Assembly: GCA_002011475.1 (NCBI GenBank)
Contig: MTNP01000037.1
Span: 77,246 to 141,245 of the forward strand
DNA length: 64,000 nucleotides
Source of the DNA: Dehalococcoides sp. JdFR-54
GTDB taxonomy: Bacteria > Chloroflexota > Dehalococcoidia > JdFR-54
Direction: 5' to 3'
The notes under the pieces were generated by a model. It was not told the origin of the DNA. It saw nothing but the letters and a program-made list of their open reading frames with translations, and ran no database searches. The position numbers and the translations under genes were made by a program. Positions within the stretch are counted from its first letter, which is position 1. Every line of letters begins with the position of its first letter. This document shows, one piece after another, positions 36,488 to 45,772 of the stretch.

Positions 36488-36897
36488 GGTGCGCCTCCAT
36501 CGTAAAAGAGATATTTGCCATCCTGGACCTCCCGGGTGCTGAACACCCTGGAGCACATCCTGACCGAAGGCGTGTTGCTCTGCGCCACCAGCGACCTGAG
36601 CTGGCATCCCCTGGCGGCGGCCAGCTCCTTCTTGGCTTTCAGCAGGGCGGTGCCGATGCCCCGGTTCCTGAAGTCCCGCCGCACCACGGTGATGGAGTAT
36701 TTGCTATGCCCATTGGGGCAGGCCGTAAAGCTCAGGCCCACCAGCTCACCGTCGATGCGGTATTCCAGCAGGATGTCGCCCTCCGAGCCTCCCGCCTTGT
36801 AGTAGTCGAAGCTTTTCTGCCTTATGTGGCGGTCGCCGTTGGCCCGGATGAAGCCCAGGTGCTCTGGGCAGACCTGGCTAACCCTGGCAATCTCCAT
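36475..36897 (-). CDS. GNAT-family N-acetyltransferase
   Basis: VVRRDFRNRGIGTALL (motif A). Start at MEIARV. 13-nt overlap with the amidotransferase gene. Confidence 0.55.
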   Translation of the reverse strand: MEIARVSQVCPEHLGFIRANGDRHIRQKSFDYYKAGGSEGDILLEYRIDGELVGLSFTACPNGHSKYSITVVRRDFRNRGIGTALLKAKKELAAARGCQLRSLVAQSNTPSVRMCSRVFSTREVQDGKYLFYDGGAPCAE

Positions 36898-37150
36898 CCT
36901 CGTCCTCCCTGCCCAGGTAGCGGATGAGCTCCGCCCGCTCCAGGCTCGCCAGGAATCGCTCAGCAGAAACGGTATCCAGGGGCTTCCCGTAGACCATCTC
37001 CGTCCGCTCGGCCACCCGACCCTTGTATTCCCCCAGGCTGAGGTGTCTCTCAAACAGGGCCGAGCGCCTCATGGCCCTGACTACCTCAGTGGGGCTATCG
37101 CCACTGAAGCGGTCTCCAGTGAAGGTCATCTCGATAACTATCCTTGCCAT
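36878..37150 (-). CDS. hypothetical small protein within the amidoligase cassette
   Basis: 90 aa from MARIVIEM. Overlaps its neighbours. Confidence 0.4.
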   Translation of the reverse strand: MARIVIEMTFTGDRFSGDSPTEVVRAMRRSALFERHLSLGEYKGRVAERTEMVYGKPLDTVSAERFLASLERAELIRYLGREDEDGDCQG

Positions 37151-37152
37151 CT

Positions 37153-37977
37153 CTACACTCCCTTCCACACCAGCTTGTGGTGCTGAAATAGCCTCCGCTC
37201 CTCGGCGGTGAGCCCCAGGCCCCGGGCCAGCCTGTAGAGCGGGTTTCGGCGGGTCTCCATGGGCTTTATCCCCCGCAGCACCCTGGCCTCGCTGAGGCTC
37301 TTGAGCACCAGCCTCAGGCACAGGGTGACCCAGGCCTTGACATCGGCGGAGCTGAGGGTGCCGTCGAAGTAGCGGAACTCTATGGTGCCCCGGTAGTTGA
37401 AGCTGTGCAGGTTGAGGCCCCGGTAGCGGCTGGGGTGATACTTATGGCTGAATATGCGAGGTAGCTCCTGCCGGGGCACGCCATACCACCGCTCCCAGAA
37501 GCGCTTGAAGGTCTTGGCCTTCATCAGCCCATCGTAGTCGGTCTCCCGGCTGCGGTGGACCTCCTCGATGGGCTTGCAGTAGCGGTAGTGGTTGCCGTTC
37601 CTGCCCCGGTGCTCGGCGTCTCCTCCTCGGGCTATCTGGTAAATCCAGGGCTCGTAGGCCCTGGTGTTCTGCACCAGCCTCTTGATGCCCTCCAGGTCGA
37701 AGCCGCTACCGTCCACGTGGATGTGAATGCTGCACCGCTCGCTCACCCTGGCCCCGTGGCGCTTGAGCAGGCTGAGCACCCGCTCTATCTGGCCGAAGTC
37801 GCCCAGGGTCAATGGGGGCGATACAATCTCGCAGCCGTCGTGCAGGCTGCCGTCGCTGGCTACCTTCCAGCCTCCTGGCAGGGCAAGCTCCCGCCGGGCT
37901 CGCTCGGTGGAGATGCCTTCCACCTCTATCTCCACCCCGAACCGGCGGCTGTCTATGGTGGCACTTCGGTTTGTCAT
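37153..37977 (-). CDS. putative amidoligase (PF12224-like, glutamine-synthetase-like fold)
   Basis: GVEIEVEG...WKVASDGSL...CEIVSPPL...CSIHIHVD matches the amidoligase family signature. Confidence 0.6.
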   Translation of the reverse strand: MTNRSATIDSRRFGVEIEVEGISTERARRELALPGGWKVASDGSLHDGCEIVSPPLTLGDFGQIERVLSLLKRHGARVSERCSIHIHVDGSGFDLEGIKRLVQNTRAYEPWIYQIARGGDAEHRGRNGNHYRYCKPIEEVHRSRETDYDGLMKAKTFKRFWERWYGVPRQELPRIFSHKYHPSRYRGLNLHSFNYRGTIEFRYFDGTLSSADVKAWVTLCLRLVLKSLSEARVLRGIKPMETRRNPLYRLARGLGLTAEERRLFQHHKLVWKGV

Positions 37978-37995
37978 CTCCTTCCTCCGAATCTG

Positions 37996-38037
37996 GCTTC
38001 ACACACATCCATCACTCTGAATCTGGAGGAAGTCAAG
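37996..38037 (-). promoter_or_regulatory. conserved leftward promoter-like motif, copy B (upstream of the amidoligase)
   Basis: gcttcacacacatccatcactc-10nt-ggaagtcaag, followed upstream by gtctttcc as in copy D. Confidence 0.45.
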
Positions 38038-38168
38038 TCTTTCCAGAGCGAATCTGCGGAGGCTCCAGAAAATCCGTTCTGCCTGTTGTGCGTCCGAAAA
38101 GTATTGCTAATGTCACACTTCTCTTGACAAGCGCAGGAGATTTGATATGCTTAGAGTGGGGGTGTGAC

Positions 38169-38702
38169 ATGAAACAAAAAGCGATTTACTTTAGGGCTTC
38201 ACCCGAGCTTGCTTCCCGGGTCAAAGAGCAAGCTGCTAAGAAAGGTGTTTCAGCCAGCGCCGCTGTAGCGGAGTTGGTAGAGGTAGGACTCGAATTTGTG
38301 GACAAGCAGGGAACTATCGAGGACCTTAAGAAGTCCTTGGAGCAAGAGAGGCACGCTCGGAGCATTGCTGAGGGAGAAGTTCAGAGGCTACGGAGGGAGA
38401 AGCAGCAAATACAGGAAGAGACTGGACGGAATTTGCGTATGCTACAAGATTCGTATAATGGGCTGCTTGGACATCTACGCGTGACCGACTTGGCTGTCTG
38501 CCCAAGCTGTCGCCAGATTCTTAGTGCCTACGACGTTATTATCCAAAGAAGGTGCTCCCAATGCAGCATAGCTGTTAGCTTGGGGTCAGTGGCAGATCCC
38601 CAAAGACCTGGCCCGCTGATTAGGGACTTGTTGGCAGTTGTCGGCGGAATAGCAGTATTTGCCGGTATTGTGAACGCCTTGTCTAACAGGGATTCGGCCT
38701 AG
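38169..38702 (+). CDS. ribbon-helix-helix (Arc/MetJ-like) N-terminal domain protein with Cys-rich and hydrophobic C-terminal regions
   Basis: MKQKAIYFRASPELASRVKEQAAKKGVSASAAVAELVEVGL. Candidate promoter TTGACA(38114)-16nt-TATGCT upstream. Low GC. Confidence 0.45.
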   Translation: MKQKAIYFRASPELASRVKEQAAKKGVSASAAVAELVEVGLEFVDKQGTIEDLKKSLEQERHARSIAEGEVQRLRREKQQIQEETGRNLRMLQDSYNGLLGHLRVTDLAVCPSCRQILSAYDVIIQRRCSQCSIAVSLGSVADPQRPGPLIRDLLAVVGGIAVFAGIVNALSNRDSA

Positions 38703-38902
38703 GAGCTTGGGTCACCAGTGGATGGTCGAGAGAAAAGTAGGGCATATAGTTCTCCAAATGCTACTTTTTGACACCACAGTGGGGAACAATTGGCCATTGC
38801 AGGTCATTTTTTGCCTCCCGGTGGGGAGCAGAATGCACACTTTGGAGTGGTGACCCAGCCGCCGGATTTGGGGCGACAATTGGTTGTAAATGGATGTAGG
38901 CC

Positions 38903-39820
38903 GTGTCGTTATTTCACTATGTGAAGGGACGGCTTCACCGCTTAGAGGCCCTAGGGGTGACCATCGGGCCTGGCTTTAGCCTGAGCAGGCTAAGGGGGCA
39001 CCTGGGCGACTTACTGCGGGCGGACTCTGAAGTCTCGCTTGCGGAGATAGTAGGGTCTAGGGTGGGCTATCGTCATGTCTACCTTTCACCAGGATCGCCA
39101 GGGTTTGGGGGTGACATTGATTTAGGCTTCATCCACCGCTCAGAGTATTATAGTGCACAAGTGAAGACCTTTGATATCATGAGCTCCTCCTTGGGCCAAC
39201 GTATTGCCCAGCTATCGAGAAACTTCGACGTTGGCTATGAAGGCTATGGCAACATTTTCTCTGACCGACTTTTTGTGGGCGATACACTGGCTGCTCAAAG
39301 CTTGCGCCGAGTGCCAGGCATTCCTCGGAAAGCAAGTATAGGGGTCGACCGATTCGAGCCATCCATCGAGGATTTGCTACGTGGCGTGTTAAAGATAAGG
39401 AAAGAACTCAGGGCAAAAAGCTGGCAACTCCGGAACGCCCCTGGCTACAAGCTTATTGTGTTCGACATGAGAAGGTCCCATATTGAGCCTGACTTGCTTA
39501 CGAAGACTGTGACCTACGCTCTGACTCATTCGCACGAGTTCGACCATTTGGCTTGCGTGGCCATGCTGTGGTATAACTTTCTGGCCAAAAGCGCTACTTA
39601 CGAAAGCGAAACAATGTTGGTTCCGCTTGCATTCAACGAGCGGTTTAAGTTCGACAGAGGCATCCTATTACCTGCCGTGCCCTATATTCCCGCCAAAGTG
39701 ACCCCATTTACTCTGCCCACACATATGGAGTTCCTCAAAACGGGTTGGCAGAATCTCTTTGCTGTGGAGAAAGGTGTCATCACTATAGATGGCGTGGAGT
39801 ACGGGCCTCTTTTTAGGTAG
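38903..39820 (+). CDS. hypothetical protein (low-GC moron)
   Basis: 305-aa ORF, no recognisable motif. Confidence 0.45.
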   Translation: MSLFHYVKGRLHRLEALGVTIGPGFSLSRLRGHLGDLLRADSEVSLAEIVGSRVGYRHVYLSPGSPGFGGDIDLGFIHRSEYYSAQVKTFDIMSSSLGQRIAQLSRNFDVGYEGYGNIFSDRLFVGDTLAAQSLRRVPGIPRKASIGVDRFEPSIEDLLRGVLKIRKELRAKSWQLRNAPGYKLIVFDMRRSHIEPDLLTKTVTYALTHSHEFDHLACVAMLWYNFLAKSATYESETMLVPLAFNERFKFDRGILLPAVPYIPAKVTPFTLPTHMEFLKTGWQNLFAVEKGVITIDGVEYGPLFR

Positions 39821-39918
39821 CTTACCTCTTATAAAGGCCCCTTGACAAACTTGCGGTTCCGCGATACGCGTAGATCAGAGACCACGCCCGGGAAGTAGCC
39901 CGGAGCGGGCAAAAGGTG

Positions 39919-39959
39919 AGACGAGCTCACTCGGTCGGAGTGGGCTCGTCTTTTTATTT
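39919..39959 (+). terminator. rho-independent terminator (agacgagc-17nt loop-gctcgtct-TTTTATTT)
   Basis: 8-bp stem plus a T-run immediately before the structural module. Confidence 0.5.
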
Positions 39960-39980
39960 GGCCGAGCCCAGGGGAAAAGG

Positions 39981-41090
39981 ATGGCAGAGGAAACAGGACA
40001 GCCGATTCTTGAGGAGCTAACCCAGGAGCTGGAGCAGGCCCACCAGGAGATACTCCGGCTCAAGGGCTACGCCGTGTCCACCGGCCTGGCGTCCTCGGCG
40101 TCCGCCGAAGGCAAGGTGGTCAGGCTGCGGGGGATCGCCATCTCCGAGGGCACCCACAACGGCAAGTACTACCCCTGGGAGGAACTCTCCAGGGACTCCT
40201 TTGTGGACTCCTTCGTGGGGAAGCCGGTGGTGGTGGACCACAAGGAGGGGCTGCCTTCAGAGGTAGGGCTGGTCAAGGCGGCACGGAGAGACCCCGAACA
40301 GAAGGCCATCCTGGTCGACCTGGAGATATACGACGAGGCCCGTGGCAAGCAGGTGCTCTACCTCATGGAGAACAGCCGTCCCGTGGGCCTTTCGGTGCAG
40401 GTATGGGAGAGAGTGTCGCACGAAGACGGAAGGGAGGTGGCCCGAGACCTGGAGCTCCAGCACCTGAGCCTGACCATGGACCCCGCCGACAAAGAAGCCC
40501 GCATCGTGGCCAAGCTGAGCCAGAGCGGGCAGGTCAAGGAGGCTGAAATGACCGAGGAGACGAAAGAGGCAGTCCAGAACCCTTTGACAGGCCTTCGGGC
40601 TGAGGCCCTCGAGGCCGAAGGCTCAGGGCAGACCCTGAAGGTTGACGACTTTGAGAGGCTGGCCAGCGAAGTGAGAGAGGATGAGGTGCTCATCGCCACC
40701 CGCATCCCGCTAGCTTCACTGGCCCAGCATGGCTACCCCTACTACGCCTATCCCAGATACGGGAGGGCGCCAGGCCCTGACCTGGCTCAGAAGGTAGCCG
40801 AGTTGGAGAAGCGGGTGTCTGCCCTGGAGGAGACGGTGAAGAAGCTCTCCTCCAAGTCCGAGGCCGAGCACGAGGCGGCCGTGACCGAGGAATCTGCAGC
40901 CAGCGCCGAGGCGCAATCCCCCCAGGCGGAAAACCCTCCCGCCGAGGAGCCCGGAGCACAGGTTGAGGAAATGTCCTCCAGGGAGGACAAGCCCAGCGAC
41001 GAGGAGCGCACCCGTGAGGCCCTTTCCCAGCTCCACCCCGCTGACCTCATCTTCCTGGAGCAGATCGCCAAACGGAGGGAGAGGGTATGA
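39981..41090 (+). CDS. prohead protease (HK97/S78-like) with a C-terminal scaffold-like acidic/coiled-coil region
   Basis: GIAISEGTHNGKYYPWEEL...GKPVVVDHK...GLSVQ pattern. Located upstream of the capsid gene. Confidence 0.55.
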   Translation: MAEETGQPILEELTQELEQAHQEILRLKGYAVSTGLASSASAEGKVVRLRGIAISEGTHNGKYYPWEELSRDSFVDSFVGKPVVVDHKEGLPSEVGLVKAARRDPEQKAILVDLEIYDEARGKQVLYLMENSRPVGLSVQVWERVSHEDGREVARDLELQHLSLTMDPADKEARIVAKLSQSGQVKEAEMTEETKEAVQNPLTGLRAEALEAEGSGQTLKVDDFERLASEVREDEVLIATRIPLASLAQHGYPYYAYPRYGRAPGPDLAQKVAELEKRVSALEETVKKLSSKSEAEHEAAVTEESAASAEAQSPQAENPPAEEPGAQVEEMSSREDKPSDEERTREALSQLHPADLIFLEQIAKRRERV

Positions 41091-41362
41091 GCGAGCCCCT
41101 TGAGGAGCTAACCCAGGTCTTGAAAGAGACCAGAGAGATACTGGCCCGGCTCTCCCAGGAGAACCGGGAGCTTAAGGAAAAGCTGGAAGGCTCGCAGCGG
41201 GAGCTGGAGCGGCTGAAGAGGCCCCTGCCCCGAAAGACGAGCCCCGAGTCCAGGGAAAGCGTGTCCCTGAGCCAGGCCGTAGAGAGCCTGAAGGATTCAC
41301 GACAGGCCACCGAGCTTGCCGTGGAGACCATCATCGAGTCAAGGAGGAGGGGGCTGCTATGA
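41087..41362 (+). CDS. hypothetical coiled-coil protein (scaffold or decoration candidate)
   Basis: 91 aa. ATGA overlaps on both sides. Confidence 0.4.
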   Translation: MSEPLEELTQVLKETREILARLSQENRELKEKLEGSQRELERLKRPLPRKTSPESRESVSLSQAVESLKDSRQATELAVETIIESRRRGLL

Positions 41363-42444
41363 AGACCCTTGAAGAGCTGGCTGCTGTAGATACCACCACC
41401 ATCACCGAGATGCTGCCCAGGGTCATCTCCAGGGCAGTGGAGCTCAAGGCACGGGAAATCCTCCTGGGTAGAAACCTCCTCCGGCGCAACACCGACATCC
41501 TGGTGCCCAAGCCGGGGAAGAGCGTGTTCCTGCCCATCAGGAGCCAGATAACCGCCCAGGAGTTCGCCGAGGGCGCTGACATGAGCGCAGTGACCCCCGA
41601 GGGGGTGACCTACGCCGACACGGTGGAGGTGACCCCCACCAAGTTCGGGGTGCCGCTGAAGATCACCCAGGAGGCCATCGACGCCGCCCAGCACGATGTC
41701 ATTCGGGACAACATCGACGAGGCGGGCTACGCCATGGCCCTGCTGGAGGACACCCGCATCATGAACGAGATCTTCGGCGTGACCACGGTCACCGACGAGA
41801 ACGTGGCCATCGCCGAAGGGCAGACCGATGGTGTCCTGGCCCAGAGTCCGGTGCTCGCCATCACCAGCATCACCGTCCCTGGCGGCTACACCCTGGTGGG
41901 CGTCAACTACAAGGACGGCAAGATCAGGGTCACCCCTGCGGCTGGAGTAGGCGGCATCGTGGTCACCGTGAGCTACATCTACGCCTCGGGGCGGAACTAC
42001 CACTACATCCAGACGGGCACCACCCACGCCGACCTCACCTACAAGGACATCCTGGCGGCCCAGGCGGAGGTGCTGGCCAGGAAGGAGAGGCCCAACTTCC
42101 TCATCCTGGATGCGGCGGGGGCCAACCTGCTGCAGAAGGACCTGGTGGGCTACCTCACCTTCCAGGCTGGGGAGGGCGCCATCAGGGTGCCGGGCGAGAT
42201 CGGGGCTGTGGGCAGCCTCAGGGTAGCCATCTCGGGGCAGGTGCCAGCGGGCAACGGGCTCATCATCGCCACCGAGCGGGCGGGCTGGATCGTGGACAAG
42301 CGGGACCTCACCACCAAGCGGGAGGACGAGGCCAGGACCGACTCCATCCGCTTCTACATCACCAGGATTTCGGCGGCCAAGATCACCATGCCCGACGCCC
42401 TGATCATCGTCGGCGGCATGCAGTCCAACGCCATCTACTTCTAG
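41359..42444 (+). CDS. major capsid protein (HK97-fold candidate)
   Basis: 361 aa directly after the protease/scaffold gene. Composition typical of a major capsid protein. Confidence 0.6.
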   Translation: MKTLEELAAVDTTTITEMLPRVISRAVELKAREILLGRNLLRRNTDILVPKPGKSVFLPIRSQITAQEFAEGADMSAVTPEGVTYADTVEVTPTKFGVPLKITQEAIDAAQHDVIRDNIDEAGYAMALLEDTRIMNEIFGVTTVTDENVAIAEGQTDGVLAQSPVLAITSITVPGGYTLVGVNYKDGKIRVTPAAGVGGIVVTVSYIYASGRNYHYIQTGTTHADLTYKDILAAQAEVLARKERPNFLILDAAGANLLQKDLVGYLTFQAGEGAIRVPGEIGAVGSLRVAISGQVPAGNGLIIATERAGWIVDKRDLTTKREDEARTDSIRFYITRISAAKITMPDALIIVGGMQSNAIYF

Positions 42445-42465
42445 CTTTGTGACTGAGGAGGCCCC

Positions 42466-42630
42466 GTGAACGAGCAGGAGCCCCTTACCAGGGGCGAGTT
42501 TCAGAGGTGGCGGGAGAACGACTTCAAGCACCTGGTGAAGAAGGTGTGGCGGATAGAGGGCATCCTCTATGTGCTGGTGCCCCTGGTGCTGGCGGTGCTG
42601 GCAGCGGTGCTGGCCATTTTGATGCGATGA
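42466..42630 (+). CDS. possible 54-aa membrane peptide (GTG start), not in the ORF track
   Basis: Hydrophobic ILYVLVPLVLAVLAAVLAILM. Confidence 0.2.
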   Translation: MNEQEPLTRGEFQRWRENDFKHLVKKVWRIEGILYVLVPLVLAVLAAVLAILMR

Positions 42631-42645
42631 GAAGGGAGAGGGCGA

Positions 42646-43221
42646 GTGGCCGATAGGGTCCAGGAACACTGGCCGGGATACATCCCCAGGCGCTACCGTG
42701 ACATGGGCGACGGCTCCTTTGCCGAGCGCCAGGTGGCGGCCATTGAGGACGCCTCGGGCCAGAGGATAAACCCGGCGAAGGAGGACGGCAACCTGGCCTC
42801 CATCCTGGCCCAGCTGGACATGACCCTCTCTGCCCTCAGGGATGCCATCTGCGCCGCCGCCCCTGACAGCAAGAGCCTCAACGACCTTTATACCAGGCTG
42901 GACTCCATAAACAACCGGGTCTACGAGGCCAGCCAGACCCGCACCAACTACGGCTCTTCTACCGGGGCTGCCCTGACGGTGGACCTGGACACCTCGGAGC
43001 TGGGCGGGCGGATGGAGGTGGACGTCTGGGTCAAGAGCTCGGCGGCGGCAACCTTCGAGGTGCGGGGCAGCAGGAACGGGACAGACTGGCGCCTGATCGA
43101 CACCATCAGCCTCTCGGCGGCGGGCGAGGAGCACCGCCACTACTCCAACGCCTACAGGCACCTGAGGGTAACCACCCCTGCCGCCAACAACAACGAGGCG
43201 GAGATTGTAGCCACGAGGTGA
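42646..43221 (+). CDS. hypothetical structural protein
   Basis: 191-aa ORF in the head module. Confidence 0.45.
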   Translation: MADRVQEHWPGYIPRRYRDMGDGSFAERQVAAIEDASGQRINPAKEDGNLASILAQLDMTLSALRDAICAAAPDSKSLNDLYTRLDSINNRVYEASQTRTNYGSSTGAALTVDLDTSELGGRMEVDVWVKSSAAATFEVRGSRNGTDWRLIDTISLSAAGEEHRHYSNAYRHLRVTTPAANNNEAEIVATR

Positions 43222-43225
43222 GACA

Positions 43226-43351
43226 TGAGGTGCATCTACGGCGGTTCAACCATGAGGAGAAGGCAGGCTCCTCTGGGCGACTGCCCCAAAAGGGTGAAAT
43301 ACACCTGCCGAAACTGCGGACACATCCACGTCATCGTGGAGGTCAAATAAA
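43226..43351 (+). CDS. possible 41-aa zinc-ribbon peptide (CPKRVKYTCRNCGH)
   Basis: Short ORF with a CxxC...CxxC arrangement. Unverified. Confidence 0.2.
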
Positions 43352-43373
43352 AAACACGTAAGGAGGTTTCAAA

Positions 43374-44377
43374 ATGGCCAACTGTGCAGAGTGCAGGCCC
43401 AAGCTCTCAGCGGAGGAGCTGGAGCGCAGAGCCCAGGAAAGGAGGGTGCCCCCGCTGCCGGGGGTAGGGGAGTTCTCCACGGGCAAGCCTCCCCTCAGGC
43501 TGAGGTTTCTTTCGGAGAAGCTGGGCATCCCCATCGCTGACCTTGAGAAGCGGCCTCCCCAGGCCATCCGGGAGCTGGTGGAGGGGCATGCTGACAGGCT
43601 AGGGGTGAGGGTGCTCAAGGTGGAGCCTGAGAAGCCCAACCTTCCGGCGACCTCAGCCGAGCTTCAGGACAGGATCGACAAGGCCAAAGCTTACATCGAC
43701 AAGCTCTACGAGATAGACGGGAGCTACGACTATGTGAAGGAGTATCCCGCCTATCCCACCGGCATCTACAACCAGTCCAGGTCAGGTGACGGAACCCAGC
43801 CCAGGCTCCTGGCTCACTACATCGAGAGCCACAGCTATGTCTTCGGCAAGATAACCTGGGTGGCCATCGGCCAGGGCTACGAGTTCATGGACGTCACCTT
43901 CGAGGATGCCTACGACTGGGACTACGGCGAGCCCCTGGTGTGGCAGGACAGGAGCTACGGGACCGACGGCAACACCACCTATGCCACCTCCATCCGCTCC
44001 TATGGGGGCACCGACGTGGTGGACTTCTACCTGGGCGACACCCTGCTCCTGAGCGACCTCAAGAGCAAGTCGCTGCCCCAGACCTTCACCCACACCAAGT
44101 CCGGCGGAGCCTGCTTCCCTGCCCATCGCTACACGGTGAGGCACGGAGCCCAGCTCTGCGACCTCATCTACCAGGTGTGGGGAGACCACTGGGGAGGCTA
44201 CTACCTGAGGAACCTGATCAACGCCTTCGGCTTCACCTACGACATCTACGACCCCTGTTCAAGGAGTCGGTGTCGGAGGCGGACGACTTCTTCTTTAACG
44301 GCCAGGCATACCACGACTGCGACCTGGCCGATGTGGGCGTTAGCTCGGCGTTGCCCTGGGGATTGTATCTGCGGTAA
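43374..44377 (+). CDS. hypothetical structural protein, apparently interrupted by a -1 frameshift near 44250 (CCCC run)
   Basis: Frame 0 gives ...NAFGFTYDIYDP and then Arg/Ser/Thr-rich junk. Frame 2 continues with a protein-like LFKESVSEADDFFFNGQAYHDCDLADVGVSSALPWGLYLR* ending at 44377. Confidence 0.45.
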
Positions 44378-44484
44378 GGGAAACGGAGCCAGAAATAGGT
44401 CGCATCCTGGAGGTAGCAGGTAGCAGGATAGTCAAAGGCTAAAAGGGGCTCGGGCCGAGCGAAGGCCAGACGAGGAGAGAGCCG

Positions 44485-45312
44485 ATGGAAAGTTTCGAGC
44501 AGGTCGCGGGAATCCTGCAGGACATTCTGCGTAACAAGATAGCCGACCCCCTGTTTGGGCAGAGGCCCAATGGCCAGACTGAGGCCACCGAAAGCTTCAC
44601 TGCCCAGGGAAGCGCCTCGTTTATCCTCTCCCACAAGCTGGTGCGCAACGTGAAGCAGGTGACGGTGGGCGACCAGGAGCGCCTGCGCTGGGTGCACTTT
44701 GATGTCTCCTTCGACGACCCCGCTGACCCGAACTCAAAAGCCAGCGTCATCTTCCGGCAGGGATATGTGCCCGTCGTCGGGCAGAAGGTGACCATCACCT
44801 ACAGCTACGGGCGCAACCACTGGATTTACACCGACTACCCCGAGGACGAGGCGGTATTTCCCCGCATCTCCATCACCCTGGCCTCCAGCCCTGGGGCCAG
44901 GCCCGTGGGCCTGGGCGGCTATGTCGAGAACGGGAAGAAGGCATCCTGGTACTCGCATACCTGTGACATCTCGGTATGGGCGCAGCGGGGGGTTACGGCA
45001 ACGGTGAACGGCGAGAGGATGCCCTGGCAGAGGCTGGCGCGGTATCTCGCCCACCAGGTGCGCTCCGTCCTTGAGGATAACAAGAACACCCTCTTCTGGC
45101 AGGGGCTGGCGCGGTATCTCGCCCACCAGGTGCGCTCCGTCCTTGAGGATAACAAGAACACCCTCTTCTGGCAGGGGCTGGTGGAGCCGCCCCGGGAAGC
45201 GGCCTCCAGCACCACGGTGGAGGAGTTCGAGCAGGCAGGCCGAGAGGCCCGAGGGCGAATTCAGGTTTTCCGAGTCCAGATGATGTATCAGGCCACCATC
45301 GAGGTGGCATGA
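44485..45312 (+). CDS. hypothetical structural protein containing a perfect 72-bp in-frame tandem duplication
   Basis: 275 aa with ARYLAHQVRSVLEDNKNTLFWQGL repeated twice. Confidence 0.5.
   Translation: MESFEQVAGILQDILRNKIADPLFGQRPNGQTEATESFTAQGSASFILSHKLVRNVKQVTVGDQERLRWVHFDVSFDDPADPNSKASVIFRQGYVPVVGQKVTITYSYGRNHWIYTDYPEDEAVFPRISITLASSPGARPVGLGGYVENGKKASWYSHTCDISVWAQRGVTATVNGERMPWQRLARYLAHQVRSVLEDNKNTLFWQGLARYLAHQVRSVLEDNKNTLFWQGLVEPPREAASSTTVEEFEQAGREARGRIQVFRVQMMYQATIEVA
45034..45180 (+). repeat. perfect 72-bp tandem duplication (unit about 45037-45108 / 45109-45180)
   Basis: Identical nucleotide blocks read in the sequence. Confidence 0.8.
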
Positions 45313-45321
45313 GGAGGATGT

Positions 45322-45519
45322 ATGGCTAAAAAGAAGCGAGAGACCCCGGAGCAGTTCTGCCGCAGGGTAAGGCAGGAGAATATCAGGAGGGCGATGGCCG
45401 AAGGGAGGCTGGAGGAGGCCGAGGCTTACATTAGAGGCTACCTCTCCAGGGGGCTGCTGAGCCGGGGCGACGTCACCTCCTTTCAGGCCGAGCTCGCCAG
45501 GAGGAAGGGAAATGCCTAA
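45322..45519 (+). CDS. hypothetical small protein (paralog of the next gene)
   Basis: Shared motif E(A)EAYIRGYL...G.L.RG. Confidence 0.4.
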   Translation: MAKKKRETPEQFCRRVRQENIRRAMAEGRLEEAEAYIRGYLSRGLLSRGDVTSFQAELARRKGNA

Positions 45520-45772
45520 GAAGCGCACGGAGCAGGATGCTGTTCCGCTGGAGGCCGAAGCGGAGCAGGCAACCAAGACGCCAGAAGCCACTTCGGAAAC
45601 TGTCAGGCAAGCCATAGCCCGGGCCAACATTGAGCGGGCCCTGGCTGACAGGCGCACCGCTTCGGCGGAGGGATATGTCCAGGTCTACCTGGAGAAGGGG
45701 GTGCTCACCCGGGCCGAGGCGGAAGGTTACCTGGCGGAGATCCACAGGCAGAGATACGGAGGTGCGACATGA
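45512..45772 (+). CDS. hypothetical small protein (paralog of the previous gene)
   Basis: ASAEGYVQVYLEKGVLTRAEAEGYLAEI. Confidence 0.4.
   Translation: MPKKRTEQDAVPLEAEAEQATKTPEATSETVRQAIARANIERALADRRTASAEGYVQVYLEKGVLTRAEAEGYLAEIHRQRYGGAT

Noticed and set aside
39842-39870. TTGACA(39842)-17nt-TACGCG as the late promoter
   Set aside because: The -10 match is poor, so it is not listed as a feature.
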